Positions 27,946 through 37,406 of a stretch of DNA of 64,000 nucleotides are shown here, in pieces. Under the pieces are notes generated by a model, which saw nothing but the letters and a program-made list of their open reading frames with translations, made no database searches and was not told the DNA's origin. Numbering within the stretch: the stretch's first letter is position 1; every line of letters starts with the position of its first letter. Source of the stretch: Thermoplasmatota archaeon (GTDB taxonomy: Archaea > Thermoplasmatota > E2 > UBA202 > DSCA01); contig JAWOAW010000017.1 in assembly GCA_046498345.1 (NCBI GenBank), positions 526 to 64,525 on the forward strand. Direction: 5' to 3'. A program made the translations under genes and the position numbers.

Positions 27946-29748
27946 TCACGAGGGCGAACCCCCGGCAAGCCGGATGTGAAAGGTGGCTCCTTCGCCCGGA
28001 GGGCTTTCCACCCAGACATCGCCGCCGTGGGCCTCTACGATGTTTTTCACGATGGACAGGCCGAGGCCCATGCCCCCGCTTTCACCGCCGGTGTAAAAGG
28101 GGTCGAAGACCCGGTCGATGTTGTCCTCTGAGATGCCCGGGCCCGTATCCGTAATCATGAGATGTGTCTGCCTGCCCTCCTGCAGGCCGGCTACCCTGAC
28201 CTGGCCCCCCTCCGGGGTATGGCGAACCGCGTTCACCAGGATGTTTTTGACCGCCTTCCCCAGCAGGTTTTTGTCGCCGTGCAGGGACAAGGCATCGGGG
28301 ACATCGACGGACACCGACAGCCGTTTTTCATCCGCGATTTCCCGGCAGTCCGCCACCACGTCCGCTATCATCTCCCGGGCTCCAAAGGTCTCCTTGCGCA
28401 GCTCGAGCTCCTTCACGTCTATCGACGGAATCTCCAGCATGTCGTTGATGAGCGCCGTCAGCCGGTCCACGTTCTGCGCCATGATGCCCAGTTTTTCCTT
28501 CTGCACCCCCGACAGCTCACCCAGCCGTTCCTGTTTCAGCAGGTCGACGTAGGTCTTGATGGAGGTCAATGGGGTGCGCAGTTCATGGGCGATGACATCC
28601 AGAAACGTGGTCTTCATCTTGCCGAGCTCTGCCTCCGCCAGCTCCCGATATGCTTGCTCCAGCTTTTTCCGCCGGTCCAGCAGCTCCTCTATCAGGCGCT
28701 CCCGGCTGAGCAGGGTCACCTTTTCCTCCTCCAGGATGCCCTCGGGCAGCTGCTCGACCAGCCCCTCGCCGTACAGGCGCTCCTTGATGTTGGTGGGCAT
28801 CGCCCGGAAATGCTCCGTTATCATGGCGTTCGCCCGGTCGGGCCCCATGCTCTGCTTCAGGATGAGATACATCCGGTCGAGCGCGTGGAGAAACCGTTCG
28901 ATGATAAACTGAACCGGGTCGTCGGCGTCGCTGCTGCGGCGGTAGAGCGCCCGGACGTCTATCTGCCCGCCGGGGCGTATCTCGATGCCGCTCTTGCTCC
29001 GGTTGAGCATGATGGCGATTTCGTTGATGTCGTCGGAGCGGCACCGGCGGAGCACCGGCTCCAGCACCAGCCGGAACAGGACGATGGGCAGCGACCAGGT
29101 GAACAGACCCTCGTTCTGCTGGACCGCCTCGGCGATGGCATGCCGCCATTCGTCGGTGGCCTGCTTCCAGGGGACAAAGGCCGAGTAGAGGTCGATGAGC
29201 CCGGCGATAAAATCATAGAATGCCAGCCCCAGGTCGTCCATGTCCAGCTTGTCGACGACCTCCTCCAGAGCCGTGGTGCTCAGCCGCTCGTCGACGTCGA
29301 TGTAGCTGCCGGCCAGCACGGGATGCTCGTCGATGCGGCTTTCCAGCAGCTCCTCGATGCTCGCGGTGCCGATAAGCGGCGTGATCTTCCGGATGAACAC
29401 GTTGGCCACCTGCTCGTAGCTGCGCAGCAACGCCACGTCGTCCCGCAGCAGCATCTGATGTTCCTCGCTGGCCCCGCCCCGGATGGACATCAGCAGGTTT
29501 TTCTGCGCCAGAACGAAGCCGACCTCGATGACGATGACACACAGGGGAAACACCACGATGCCCATCTCCGTGGTGCCGGGCAGCGGCCAGACCAGGCTAT
29601 AGAGAAACATGAACGGGACCACGGCGAAGGAAAGCGAAAACCACAGGATGTACTGCCGCCGGTAGATCAGATACACCCGGGCGATGACCACCACGATGGC
29701 AATGGCCAGCGCCACGTTGAGCAATGCCAGCACGTGCTCCAGCATCAT
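27946..29748 (-). CDS. Membrane sensor histidine kinase
   Basis: 4 N-terminal TM helices, HisKA (HELRTPLTSIKTYVDLL), HATPase_c (LVNAVRHT, DTGPGI, GMGLGLSIV). Confidence 0.85.
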   Translation of the reverse strand: MMLEHVLALLNVALAIAIVVVIARVYLIYRRQYILWFSLSFAVVPFMFLYSLVWPLPGTTEMGIVVFPLCVIVIEVGFVLAQKNLLMSIRGGASEEHQMLLRDDVALLRSYEQVANVFIRKITPLIGTASIEELLESRIDEHPVLAGSYIDVDERLSTTALEEVVDKLDMDDLGLAFYDFIAGLIDLYSAFVPWKQATDEWRHAIAEAVQQNEGLFTWSLPIVLFRLVLEPVLRRCRSDDINEIAIMLNRSKSGIEIRPGGQIDVRALYRRSSDADDPVQFIIERFLHALDRMYLILKQSMGPDRANAMITEHFRAMPTNIKERLYGEGLVEQLPEGILEEEKVTLLSRERLIEELLDRRKKLEQAYRELAEAELGKMKTTFLDVIAHELRTPLTSIKTYVDLLKQERLGELSGVQKEKLGIMAQNVDRLTALINDMLEIPSIDVKELELRKETFGAREMIADVVADCREIADEKRLSVSVDVPDALSLHGDKNLLGKAVKNILVNAVRHTPEGGQVRVAGLQEGRQTHLMITDTGPGISEDNIDRVFDPFYTGGESGGMGLGLSIVKNIVEAHGGDVWVESPPGEGATFHIRLAGGSPS

Positions 29749-30047
29749 GCTATGACCTCGCGCCAGTCACGGTAGATGCGTATCACGCCGTAGAACAGGA
29801 TGGCCAGCGCCACCAGTATGAACCCGTAGGAGAGCTGCTCCATGATGGCGACGCTCCGGCCGATGGTAATCCAGGGCAGGATGAAAAACACGTAGCCCAC
29901 GAACAGGAACACGGCGCTCCCGGCCAGGATGCTCCCCCGCCGTATCTTTATGACCCGCATCAGCCGGACGAAATAGTACAGAGAGATGACGGCGAGTGTC
30001 AGCACTGCCCCGTTGAGCAGTATCATGGCCAGCTGTATCTCTTCCAT
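29745..30047 (-). CDS. Small 3-TM membrane protein coupled to the sensor kinase
   Basis: 100 aa hydrophobic ORF. Its stop overlaps the HK start by 4 nt. Confidence 0.45.
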   Translation of the reverse strand: MEEIQLAMILLNGAVLTLAVISLYYFVRLMRVIKIRRGSILAGSAVFLFVGYVFFILPWITIGRSVAIMEQLSYGFILVALAILFYGVIRIYRDWREVIA

Positions 30048-30336
30048 CGATGAAAAGAAGACCTGCCGCTTTTTAAATATTTAGATGTGCAGCGGCCTGG
30101 AAACATATTCCGTAAATAGAAGGACGAGGGGGTAATGACCGTGAGAAGTGTGTGGTTGGAGGCGACACACATGCCCACAGGGATTATCTCCCTCGCCCTC
30201 ATATAATAAGCTGCCGGTTGCATATAAGACTTGTTGTATATGACGGCAAAAGAGACGGGAACGGGCGATACCACGCCCTTCCCTAGGTTACAAAAAGCTG
30301 CTAAAAAAAGAAAAAACGGGAAAAAAGAGGGGGAAG

Positions 30337-30675
30337 CTATTCCTCGAGCTCCTCCAGCGCGTCCTTGACCTCTGCCACGTAGGTCATCGCCGGGCCGCCG
30401 CCCATCAGGATTGAAACCGTCGCGGCTTCAAGGATTTCCTCCCTGGTTGCGCCTGCCTCAAGACATTTTTTCACGTGAATGGCGATGCAGTACTTGCACC
30501 GGGCCGTGATAGCCGTGCCCAGCGCGATGAGCTCCTTGGTCTTGGTGTCCAGCGCATTGGGCTCCAGCACGCTTCCCATGAACTGCTGGAAATGGCGCAT
30601 GGTGTCCCTGTTGGTCCGGGAGAGCTCCTTCATCATGGCCTGCACTTTTTCTATGCTGTCGAGCATTTCACCCAT
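30337..30675 (-). CDS. Carboxymuconolactone decarboxylase family protein (AhpD-like)
   Basis: Start at MGEMLDSIEK. CMD core TKELIALGTAITARCKYCIAIH. The N-terminal extension of ORF 30337-30792 is rejected. Confidence 0.7.
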   Translation of the reverse strand: MGEMLDSIEKVQAMMKELSRTNRDTMRHFQQFMGSVLEPNALDTKTKELIALGTAITARCKYCIAIHVKKCLEAGATREEILEAATVSILMGGGPAMTYVAEVKDALEELEE

Positions 30676-30707
30676 GGTTTCACCTGTGTGGATATGCCGC
30701 CCTGGCA

Positions 30708-31952
30708 TTAATAGCTTTGGATGGGCGCCTTCATGACCTCGCGGAGCAGGCAGGTGGCGTAGCAGCCCTTCGGCAGCGAAAACGACAGCCATGCCATGTC
30801 ATCCGCCATGCTCATCCGAAGACTGGTGAGCGGCGCCAGGACGGCCCGGCGGAGACCCCGGGAGGACAGCGAAGGCATCTCTGAAATGGTAAAGTCGTCC
30901 CCGGAAACATTCTCCTGGTCGAGCACCGCCTGCTCCACCTCGCCCATCTCCCCGGCGGCCAGCATCGCCTCGGTGCCGATGAGCACCGCGGACGGCAGGC
31001 ATCGATGCCGGGCAATCTGCCGGTTGACCTTGTCCAGGTTTCGCCCTGTGACGGGAATCCCGTTCTCCTGCTGCATGTCCCCCCGGTCCATGGGGAGCAC
31101 CACGTCGCCGGACACCGCCATGTCGATGGGGATACCCCGGCGTATGCGCTCCGACACCATGCGGTTGAACAGCCACGACTGGTAGGCGTGCACGAACATT
31201 TGGAGCAGTCCCCCGGGGAGCTGCCGCAGCGCTCCGGTCCAGTCCCCGGGATGCTCGGCCAGATAGGCTACCATCCGCCGTTCAAAGTTCAGCCGGGCCG
31301 GGTATCGCTCCAGCGCGCCGGCGAAATCCCGGGTTTCCTGGAGCCATCGCCGCGCCCCGCAGCAGACGTCATCCTCGCCGGGCAGGGGATTGGCGGCGTA
31401 GGTCATCACCGCCTGCTCATAGTCGCCGGCCACCATGTATCTGCCGACCACGTGCGTTATCGGGCGGAGGATGCCGAAGCGCTGCACGCCGAAAAAGTTG
31501 GGGAACCCGCCGGTGCTGTGTATCTGCCGCTGGATGGCCTGCGCTTGCTCCTCTGAGCCGGAGGCGTCCCGTATGGTGACATGGAAATGGTTGCCGGCCA
31601 GCTGGCCCCGGTAGACCGGCTTACGTGATCGGTAGAGCACCTCGACGGTGACGCGCGGGATGTCCAGCATTCTGACCCGCTGGAGCGACACGGGAAACGA
31701 CATGTACTGCGAGGTAACAGCCTGCTTGTCTTTCATGCCGGCGAAGCCGATGTATCCGGCGGGGATACCCAGCCGGGATGCAATGTTTTCTATCAGGTCG
31801 TTGGTCTCCCATCGGGCTGCGGTCACCCGGGCGATGACCTGTTTGCCGTCCCCGGGCGGGGGAAGCCGCGGCTGCTCCTCGACGATGAAATCTTCCGGCC
31901 GTGTTTTGATGCACCCGCCGATGCCCGGGCCGTCGGTCAAAAAAACCTCCAT
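30708..31952 (-). CDS. truD: tRNA pseudouridine(13) synthase TruD
   Basis: TruD motifs IGFAGMKDKQAVTSQ and FPNFFGVQRFG. Start at MEVFLTDGPGIGG. Confidence 0.8.
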   Translation of the reverse strand: MEVFLTDGPGIGGCIKTRPEDFIVEEQPRLPPPGDGKQVIARVTAARWETNDLIENIASRLGIPAGYIGFAGMKDKQAVTSQYMSFPVSLQRVRMLDIPRVTVEVLYRSRKPVYRGQLAGNHFHVTIRDASGSEEQAQAIQRQIHSTGGFPNFFGVQRFGILRPITHVVGRYMVAGDYEQAVMTYAANPLPGEDDVCCGARRWLQETRDFAGALERYPARLNFERRMVAYLAEHPGDWTGALRQLPGGLLQMFVHAYQSWLFNRMVSERIRRGIPIDMAVSGDVVLPMDRGDMQQENGIPVTGRNLDKVNRQIARHRCLPSAVLIGTEAMLAAGEMGEVEQAVLDQENVSGDDFTISEMPSLSSRGLRRAVLAPLTSLRMSMADDMAWLSFSLPKGCYATCLLREVMKAPIQSY

Positions 31953-31992
31953 TCCCACGGCGCGCTCCTCCGTGGGCGGGCGGGGTGGCACG

Positions 31993-32256
31993 CTATTCCT
32001 CGAGCTGTTCCTTCAGGCTGGTGATGTCTTCCTGCATTTCCCGGATGGCCGTAACGACGATGTCGCGGGGATTGCCCTCGTTCACGCGGAGGGTAAACCG
32101 GGGGTTGGCCAGCAGGGGATGCGCCACGTTCCAGCCGGCGTAGTCCACCTTTTCATGGGTGAGCAGTCGTTCTTTCAGCGGGTTGAGAATCGTTTTCTCG
32201 GCGATGACCTCGAACACGAACTCGTCGTCTGTTTCCTCGATGACCTTGACCTCCAT
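31993..32256 (-). CDS. rpoL: DNA-directed RNA polymerase subunit L (Rpb11 homolog)
   Basis: 87 aa: MEVKVIEETDDEFVFEVIAE..ILNPLKERLL...AGWNVAHPL...PRFTLR, the RpoL pattern. Adjacent to csl4, the conserved archaeal neighbourhood. Confidence 0.75.
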   Translation of the reverse strand: MEVKVIEETDDEFVFEVIAEKTILNPLKERLLTHEKVDYAGWNVAHPLLANPRFTLRVNEGNPRDIVVTAIREMQEDITSLKEQLEE

Positions 32257-32260
32257 GATA

Positions 32261-32851
32261 TCACTCCCTGTTAAAGCCGCCTTCGCCGTAGTCGGCTGCT
32301 ATCTTCCGGTCCTCTACGTGGCCGCAGCGGGGGCATTCGAGCACGATGCCCTCCTTGCCCTCCGTTTTTTCCAGGGGATTCCGGCATTCGATGCAGTATG
32401 ACCTGAGCGACCCAAGGTTTTTTCCCTTGGTGGTCATGCGGAGCGAGGGCTCCGGCTCGGTGATCCTGGCCCGGATGATGTCCCCGATGCGGAATTTGTC
32501 CTTGGCGTTGACCACGTATTCGTTGGAGATGTCGGAGATATGTATGGCGCCGTCGCCGCCGCCGACGATGGCCCGGTCTACGCCCACGACGCACAGTATG
32601 TCGACGAGCACCATCTTGTCCATCACATGCCTGACCTCCGCGATGACCGTCATGCCCTCCTTGACCACCAGCGGCGTGCTGGTAAGCGGGCGGATCTCAG
32701 CCGAGGATTTTTTCTTATCGACCGTAAAGGTTCCCAGCAGGGTGCCCTTGATCTCGCCGTCTATTTCCACGGTGCCGTATCCCGGGAGAATCTCCTCGGC
32801 AGCGGCTATCCTGTCGCCGGGCAGCACCAGGCTTCCTTCTTTTATCATCAA
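32261..32851 (-). CDS. csl4: Exosome complex RNA-binding protein Csl4 (S1 domain plus Zn ribbon)
   Basis: S1 domain (GDIIRARI) and a C-terminal CIECRNPL...CPRCGH zinc ribbon. Confidence 0.8.
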   Translation of the reverse strand: MMIKEGSLVLPGDRIAAAEEILPGYGTVEIDGEIKGTLLGTFTVDKKKSSAEIRPLTSTPLVVKEGMTVIAEVRHVMDKMVLVDILCVVGVDRAIVGGGDGAIHISDISNEYVVNAKDKFRIGDIIRARITEPEPSLRMTTKGKNLGSLRSYCIECRNPLEKTEGKEGIVLECPRCGHVEDRKIAADYGEGGFNRE

Positions 32852-32869
32852 AAGCGTAATACACCGGGT

Positions 32870-34111
32870 TTATATATGTTCTTTTCCGTCGATTTCGCCG
32901 ACCAGGTGGTTGCCCTCGACGCCCGTGATACGCACCCGCTGCAGCGTACCGGTCTCGCCGTCGGACAGATACACCGAGCGGTAGCAGTCGGTCTTCGCCG
33001 CCACCCCGCCATCCCTCTTTTCCAGGAGCAGCGCGCTCGTCATCGTTCCGACCTGCTGCTCCATGTGCTCCCGCGTGACATCCTGCGCCAGCGCCGCAAG
33101 CGTGCGGGACCGCTGCTTCGCCATCGCGGTGTCCGGCCGCGCCATATCTGCGGCATCGGTGCCCGGGCGGGCGGAAAACCGGGTGACGTTGACCACGTCC
33201 GGCTGCATGCGCCGCACGGCGGTGCAGGTATCCTCGAAATCCCGCCGGGTTTCACCGGGAAAGGCCACGATGACGTCGGTGGAAACCGAGATATCCGGGT
33301 AGCTTTCCCGCGCCCTGGCGACGATGTCCAGGACATCCCGGGCAGCATAGCCCCGGCGCATGCGCTGCAGCACCCGGGCGCTTCCCGACTGCAGGGGCAG
33401 ATGCAGAAAACGGTATACCTTGTCATGCTCGAAGACGTCGAGGACGCCGGGCCGCTGCCTGACCGACAGGGGATGCATCATGCCCACCCGGATCCGGAAG
33501 CTGCCGGGCAGCGCCGCGATGCGGCCGACGAGCGACTCCAGCGACCCATTGGTGTCCATGCCGTAGGCGGCGGTGTCCTGGCAGGTCAGCCGGAGCTCCC
33601 GGCATCCCTGCCGCAATGCCTGCCCTGCCACGGAGACCAGCGCGTCCTCGTCGTAGGAGGTCAGCCGTCCCCTGGCATGGCGGGTAATGCAATAGGAGCA
33701 GCTGTAGCGGCAGCCGTCGGCGATGGGGACATCCAGGCGCAGGCCGACCCGGCGGGGCAGCATCGCCTTGTTTTCGGGGAGCGAGCAGCCGTCGAGCAGC
33801 CGGGCGATGCGGTGTACCTCTCGCGGCCCGAGCATCGAGGCGTGCGGTGCCACCGCCCGTATCCTGTCCGGGTAGACCGCGGGCATGCAGCCGGCCACCA
33901 CGAGGTCGACGTCCAGCCGCGAGAGCTCCCGGAGCCGATGGAGCATCCGCTGCTCGGTCCGGTGGATGACACAGCAGGTGAACAGCACCACGACATCGGC
34001 CTCGTCAGCGCTGTCCGCCAGCCGATGGCCCTGTGCCTCTAGGATGCCGCAGGCGATGGACGCGTCGCCCTGGTTGGCGGCGCAGCCGTATGATTCGACG
34101 AAGACCAGCAT
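32870..34111 (-). CDS. Radical-SAM methylthiotransferase, MiaB/MtaB(e-MtaB) family
   Basis: N-terminal MTTase domain (VFVESYGCAANQ), radical SAM CxxxCxxC (CRYSCSYC), TRAM C-terminus. Start at MLVF; the upstream extension is rejected. Confidence 0.8.
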   Translation of the reverse strand: MLVFVESYGCAANQGDASIACGILEAQGHRLADSADEADVVVLFTCCVIHRTEQRMLHRLRELSRLDVDLVVAGCMPAVYPDRIRAVAPHASMLGPREVHRIARLLDGCSLPENKAMLPRRVGLRLDVPIADGCRYSCSYCITRHARGRLTSYDEDALVSVAGQALRQGCRELRLTCQDTAAYGMDTNGSLESLVGRIAALPGSFRIRVGMMHPLSVRQRPGVLDVFEHDKVYRFLHLPLQSGSARVLQRMRRGYAARDVLDIVARARESYPDISVSTDVIVAFPGETRRDFEDTCTAVRRMQPDVVNVTRFSARPGTDAADMARPDTAMAKQRSRTLAALAQDVTREHMEQQVGTMTSALLLEKRDGGVAAKTDCYRSVYLSDGETGTLQRVRITGVEGNHLVGEIDGKEHI

Positions 34112-34206
34112 CGGTGAAATGATGGCCGGGATGCTAATAAAGATTACCCGAGCGGTATCTGGATCCGAACGTGAGCGTTTTATACCCATATTGCATTCCG
34201 GATGCA

Positions 34207-35451
34207 ATGGGAACAACAGTCCTCGAAAAAATATTTATGCGGCACACCAGCGGCGATGGAACACCGACGCCGGGCGACGTGATATGGCTCGACGTCGACC
34301 TCAGGACGGCGCGCGACTTCGGCGGAGCCAGTGTGGTCAAACATCTGCAGCGCAATTACGACGGCGACTACGTCGCCGACCCGGACAAGACCGCGTTTAC
34401 GTTCGACTGCAACGCCCCGGCGAAGACCCCGGAGTATGCGGACAACCAGCACATCTGCCGGCGGTTCGCCCGCGACACCGGGGTGCCCGTCTACGACGTC
34501 GACATGGGCATCGGCACCCACGTGATGCTGGAGCAGGGGCGCATCGCACCCGGCGTGACCGCCGTTGGAACGGACAGCCATTACAACATCGTCGGCGCCG
34601 TCGGCGCCTTCGGCCAGGGCATGGGCGATATGGACATCGCCTTCACCTTCAAGACAGGGCGGACCTGGTACGAGGTACCCGAGTCCATGCGGATACGGTT
34701 CACCGGCATGCCGGACGGCGAATGGACCGCCAAGGACCTGACCCTGAAGGTGCTGGCCGAGATCGGCAGCACGGGCGCCCTGGGCAAAGCCGTCGAGTTC
34801 GAGGGCGACGTCATCGACGAGCTGGGGCTGCCGGGCCGCATCACGCTGTCCTCGATGATGACCGAGATGGGCGGCATCATCGGCTTCATTCCACCCAGCA
34901 AAGAGGTGCTCCGGTTCTGCCGGGAGCGCAGCGGCGGCGACGTGCAGCCCGTGTACGCCGACGACGATGCATGCTACAGCGAAGAAATCGAGATAGACGT
35001 ATCCGGCCTGGAGCCGCTGGTGGCGGCACCGTACAGCCCGGCGAACGTGAAACCCTTGTCGGAGCTCGACGTGGCCGTCGACACCGTGTTCATCGGCTCC
35101 TGCACCAACGGTCGGTTCGAGGACATGCAGGCCGCGGCCGACGTCCTGCGGGGCAGCCACATCGCCGAAGGAGTCACAGCCAAGGTCGTCCCCGCCACCC
35201 GGGAGGTATGGGACCAGATGCTGCAGAGCGGCGTCCTCCGCGACCTGCACGAAGCCGGCGCGCTGATATCCAACCCGGGCTGCGGGGGCTGCGCCTCCGG
35301 CCAGATCGGGATGACCGGCCGGCACGAGGTCCAGGTGTCCACGTCCAACCGGAACTTCAAGGGAAAACAGGGACCCGGGGAGACCTATCTCGCCAGCCCG
35401 GAGACGGCCGCCCGAGCCGCCCTGACAGGCTACCTGGGAGGTGGCGCATGA
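34207..35451 (+). CDS. 3-isopropylmalate / homoaconitate dehydratase large subunit (aconitase family, archaeal LeuC/HacA type)
   Basis: Aconitase Fe-S ligand context (GSCTNGR, NPGCGGCASG). Start taken at MGTTVLEKIF. Confidence 0.85.
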   Translation: MGTTVLEKIFMRHTSGDGTPTPGDVIWLDVDLRTARDFGGASVVKHLQRNYDGDYVADPDKTAFTFDCNAPAKTPEYADNQHICRRFARDTGVPVYDVDMGIGTHVMLEQGRIAPGVTAVGTDSHYNIVGAVGAFGQGMGDMDIAFTFKTGRTWYEVPESMRIRFTGMPDGEWTAKDLTLKVLAEIGSTGALGKAVEFEGDVIDELGLPGRITLSSMMTEMGGIIGFIPPSKEVLRFCRERSGGDVQPVYADDDACYSEEIEIDVSGLEPLVAAPYSPANVKPLSELDVAVDTVFIGSCTNGRFEDMQAAADVLRGSHIAEGVTAKVVPATREVWDQMLQSGVLRDLHEAGALISNPGCGGCASGQIGMTGRHEVQVSTSNRNFKGKQGPGETYLASPETAARAALTGYLGGGA

Positions 35452-35969
35452 AGCCAACGAGGCTGACCGGGCGGATATGGATGCTCCGCGACGACCAGGG
35501 CGAGCTCATCGACAACATCGACACCGACATGATCTTCCACAACCAGTACCTCCACATCACCGACATCGACGAGATGGGGCAATATGCGCTGGACAATCTG
35601 ACGGGCTGGGAGGACTTCGCCGAGCGCGCCACGCCGGGCGACATCGTGGTAGCAGGAGAAAACTTTGGGTCGGGCAGCAGCCGGCAGCAGGCCGTCGACT
35701 GCTTCATCTCCCTGGGCGTCCAGGCCATCATCGCGAAAAGCTTCGGGGCCATCTACAAGCGCAACGCTATAAACTCGGGGCTGCCCGTGCTCACCGGCGA
35801 CATGCCAGACGATATTGCAAGCGGCGACGTGGTCACCCTGGACCTGGAAAGCGGCGCCGTCACCATGGACGACGAGCCCGTGGCACAACTGGAGCCGATG
35901 TCACAGGTGCAGCTGGACATCTACCACGCCGGCGACCTGTTCGCCTACGGCAGAACCCTCGGTCAGTAG
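35448..35969 (+). CDS. 3-isopropylmalate / homoaconitate dehydratase small subunit (LeuD/HacB type)
   Basis: Swivel domain (GENFGSGSSRQQAVD). ATGA overlap with the large subunit. Confidence 0.85.
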   Translation: MKPTRLTGRIWMLRDDQGELIDNIDTDMIFHNQYLHITDIDEMGQYALDNLTGWEDFAERATPGDIVVAGENFGSGSSRQQAVDCFISLGVQAIIAKSFGAIYKRNAINSGLPVLTGDMPDDIASGDVVTLDLESGAVTMDDEPVAQLEPMSQVQLDIYHAGDLFAYGRTLGQ

Positions 35970-36127
35970 CAGGCGGTCAGTCGAAGGGGCCCTTCACGCT
36001 CTGCTTGCAGTCCCGGCAGACCTCGACCTCGACCTCCAGAAAATCACGTATACGGGTCGACACTTCCTGTATCGACGATTCATCCCATCCCATAAAAAGC
36101 CAATGTAACGACTATATAATACTCTTT

Positions 36128-36463
36128 CTAAATTTTTCGCGGGCAGCCGCATGGCTTTTCCCGCAGCAGGCGGCACTGCACGGCCGGCGTGTCCACGTAG
36201 CAGTCCTGCTCGCCGTTGCCCGTTGCCAGCGACGGGTCCAGCGGGCTCCGATGCCGGTAGCCACGCCGGTTCATCTCCTCGACCAGCAATGCATGGCGAC
36301 GGAACAATGCAGCCAGCTTGCCCTGCCATCGCTGCACCTCGGGGTGACACCGGTAGCCCTGTTTGCCGTTGACCAGGATGCTCCATATGGCGTGGAGCTC
36401 ACGGTGCTCGCCGAGCAGATGCAGGCGGCAGAGCTCAGCCGGCGGGACATCCCAGATGCGCAT
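36128..36463 (-). CDS. Pyrimidine-dimer DNA glycosylase family protein (T4 endonuclease V / DenV-like)
   Basis: N-terminal pattern LCRLHLLGEHRELHAIWSILVNGKQGY.HPEV parallels T4 endoV [29 protein letters not shown]. 111 aa. Confidence 0.55.
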   Translation of the reverse strand: MRIWDVPPAELCRLHLLGEHRELHAIWSILVNGKQGYRCHPEVQRWQGKLAALFRRHALLVEEMNRRGYRHRSPLDPSLATGNGEQDCYVDTPAVQCRLLREKPCGCPRKI

Positions 36464-36503
36464 ATGGCTGCAACGACGGGTATGCTATAACGGTTGCTGT
36501 CCT

Positions 36504-37073
36504 CTACCGCCGCCCGTATGACTCGCCGGTCTTGACGCCCGTTGCGATGAGATGCGCCACGCGGAGCGGCTCCGGCAGCGCACCCCGCATAATGCTGAGC
36601 TTGATGATGTCCGTGGCCTTCTCAATGGAGAGGCCAAAGGACTTGACGTAGAGCGGATAACGCAGCGGCACCCGGTACAGCTCGCCCTTCCGCATGATAT
36701 CCCAGCGGGGCTGCCAGTCATCAAAATGCTGCTGGAGAGCAGCTATGAGCGCCTTCTCGTCGGGCTGGCTCGCGGTGACCGTCATCACCGGGATATCCGT
36801 TGCCTCATGGAGCCGCTGGCCGTCGACAACGTTGAAGCCGCCGAGGGCGCCGCCGTCAACCAGGACGGCGCGGAGCTGCCCGGCATGCTTCGACGACATA
36901 ATCAGCTCGATGAGCTGCGTGGTGGCGTCGAGACCGTCGACCTCGATGTCCGTGGAGAGCACGCCCTCGATGTAATGGTTGCCGCGCATGACCACGCCGA
37001 CCACGCCGACGCGCTGGTCGTCAAACGTGAACGGCATGTCGTCGACGCCCAGTATCCGGATCTCTGATTTCAT
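36504..37073 (-). CDS. UPF0215 / DUF99 family protein
   Basis: Start at MKSEIRILGVDDMPF; family pattern GVVGVVMRG..YIEGVLST.IEVDGLDAT. The upstream Arg-rich extension to 37331 is rejected. ATGA overlap with pth2. Confidence 0.65.
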   Translation of the reverse strand: MKSEIRILGVDDMPFTFDDQRVGVVGVVMRGNHYIEGVLSTDIEVDGLDATTQLIELIMSSKHAGQLRAVLVDGGALGGFNVVDGQRLHEATDIPVMTVTASQPDEKALIAALQQHFDDWQPRWDIMRKGELYRVPLRYPLYVKSFGLSIEKATDIIKLSIMRGALPEPLRVAHLIATGVKTGESYGRR

Positions 37074-37405
37074 TTCAGAGGAAGCTGGCCCGTGATCTTG
37101 TCCACCTTGTGCTCCTGCGCTGGACCGATGGCCAAGGCCGTGACGGTGCCCGGCGGGAGCTCCGTGCGCCCTGCATCCCGTATCAGCGCGGTGCACAGGC
37201 CCATCGACGACGCCGTGCTCTCCAGGCGCTGGATGTCCTCGCCGCCGGTGCCGAGCACCACCTTTTTTTGGCCCTCGTCGAGCCATTTCTGCAGCAGCAT
37301 CGGGTTTTTTTTGCGGAGGCGAAGCGTGCACGCTACGGCTGCATGGGCGACCTGCGCCGCCAGCTTGCCCTCGGATATGGGGAGCTCCGGGGTCACGATG
37401 GCCAT
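37070..37405 (-). CDS. pth2: Peptidyl-tRNA hydrolase, archaeal Pth2
   Basis: GKLAAQVAHAAV ... DEGQKKVVL ... IRDAGRTELPPGTVTALAIGP, a near-canonical Pth2. Start at MAIVTPE. Confidence 0.85.
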   Translation of the reverse strand: MAIVTPELPISEGKLAAQVAHAAVACTLRLRKKNPMLLQKWLDEGQKKVVLGTGGEDIQRLESTASSMGLCTALIRDAGRTELPPGTVTALAIGPAQEHKVDKITGQLPLK

Positions 37406-37406
37406 C

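Noticed and set aside
28162-29775. 537-aa plus-strand ORF
   Set aside because: Antisense to the membrane histidine kinase. Composition artefact.
30048-30336. 83-aa ORF (30023-30274, minus strand) in the intergenic spacer upstream of the TCS operon
   Set aside because: Low-complexity, with no start context. The region is better explained as the promoter spacer for the small-TM-protein / HK operon.
30336-30352. The 15-mer GCTATTCCTCGAGCT, shared with 31990-32006
   Set aside because: Both copies are simply the 3' ends of two minus-strand genes that happen to end in ...LEE-stop (CTCGAGGAATAG). This is coincidental, not a repeat element.
32540-35969. 500-aa and 694-aa plus-strand ORFs spanning the MtaB / leuC region
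   Set aside because: One is antisense to the radical-SAM gene. The other is an off-frame run through leuC that only becomes real coding sequence at the leuD ATG (35448).
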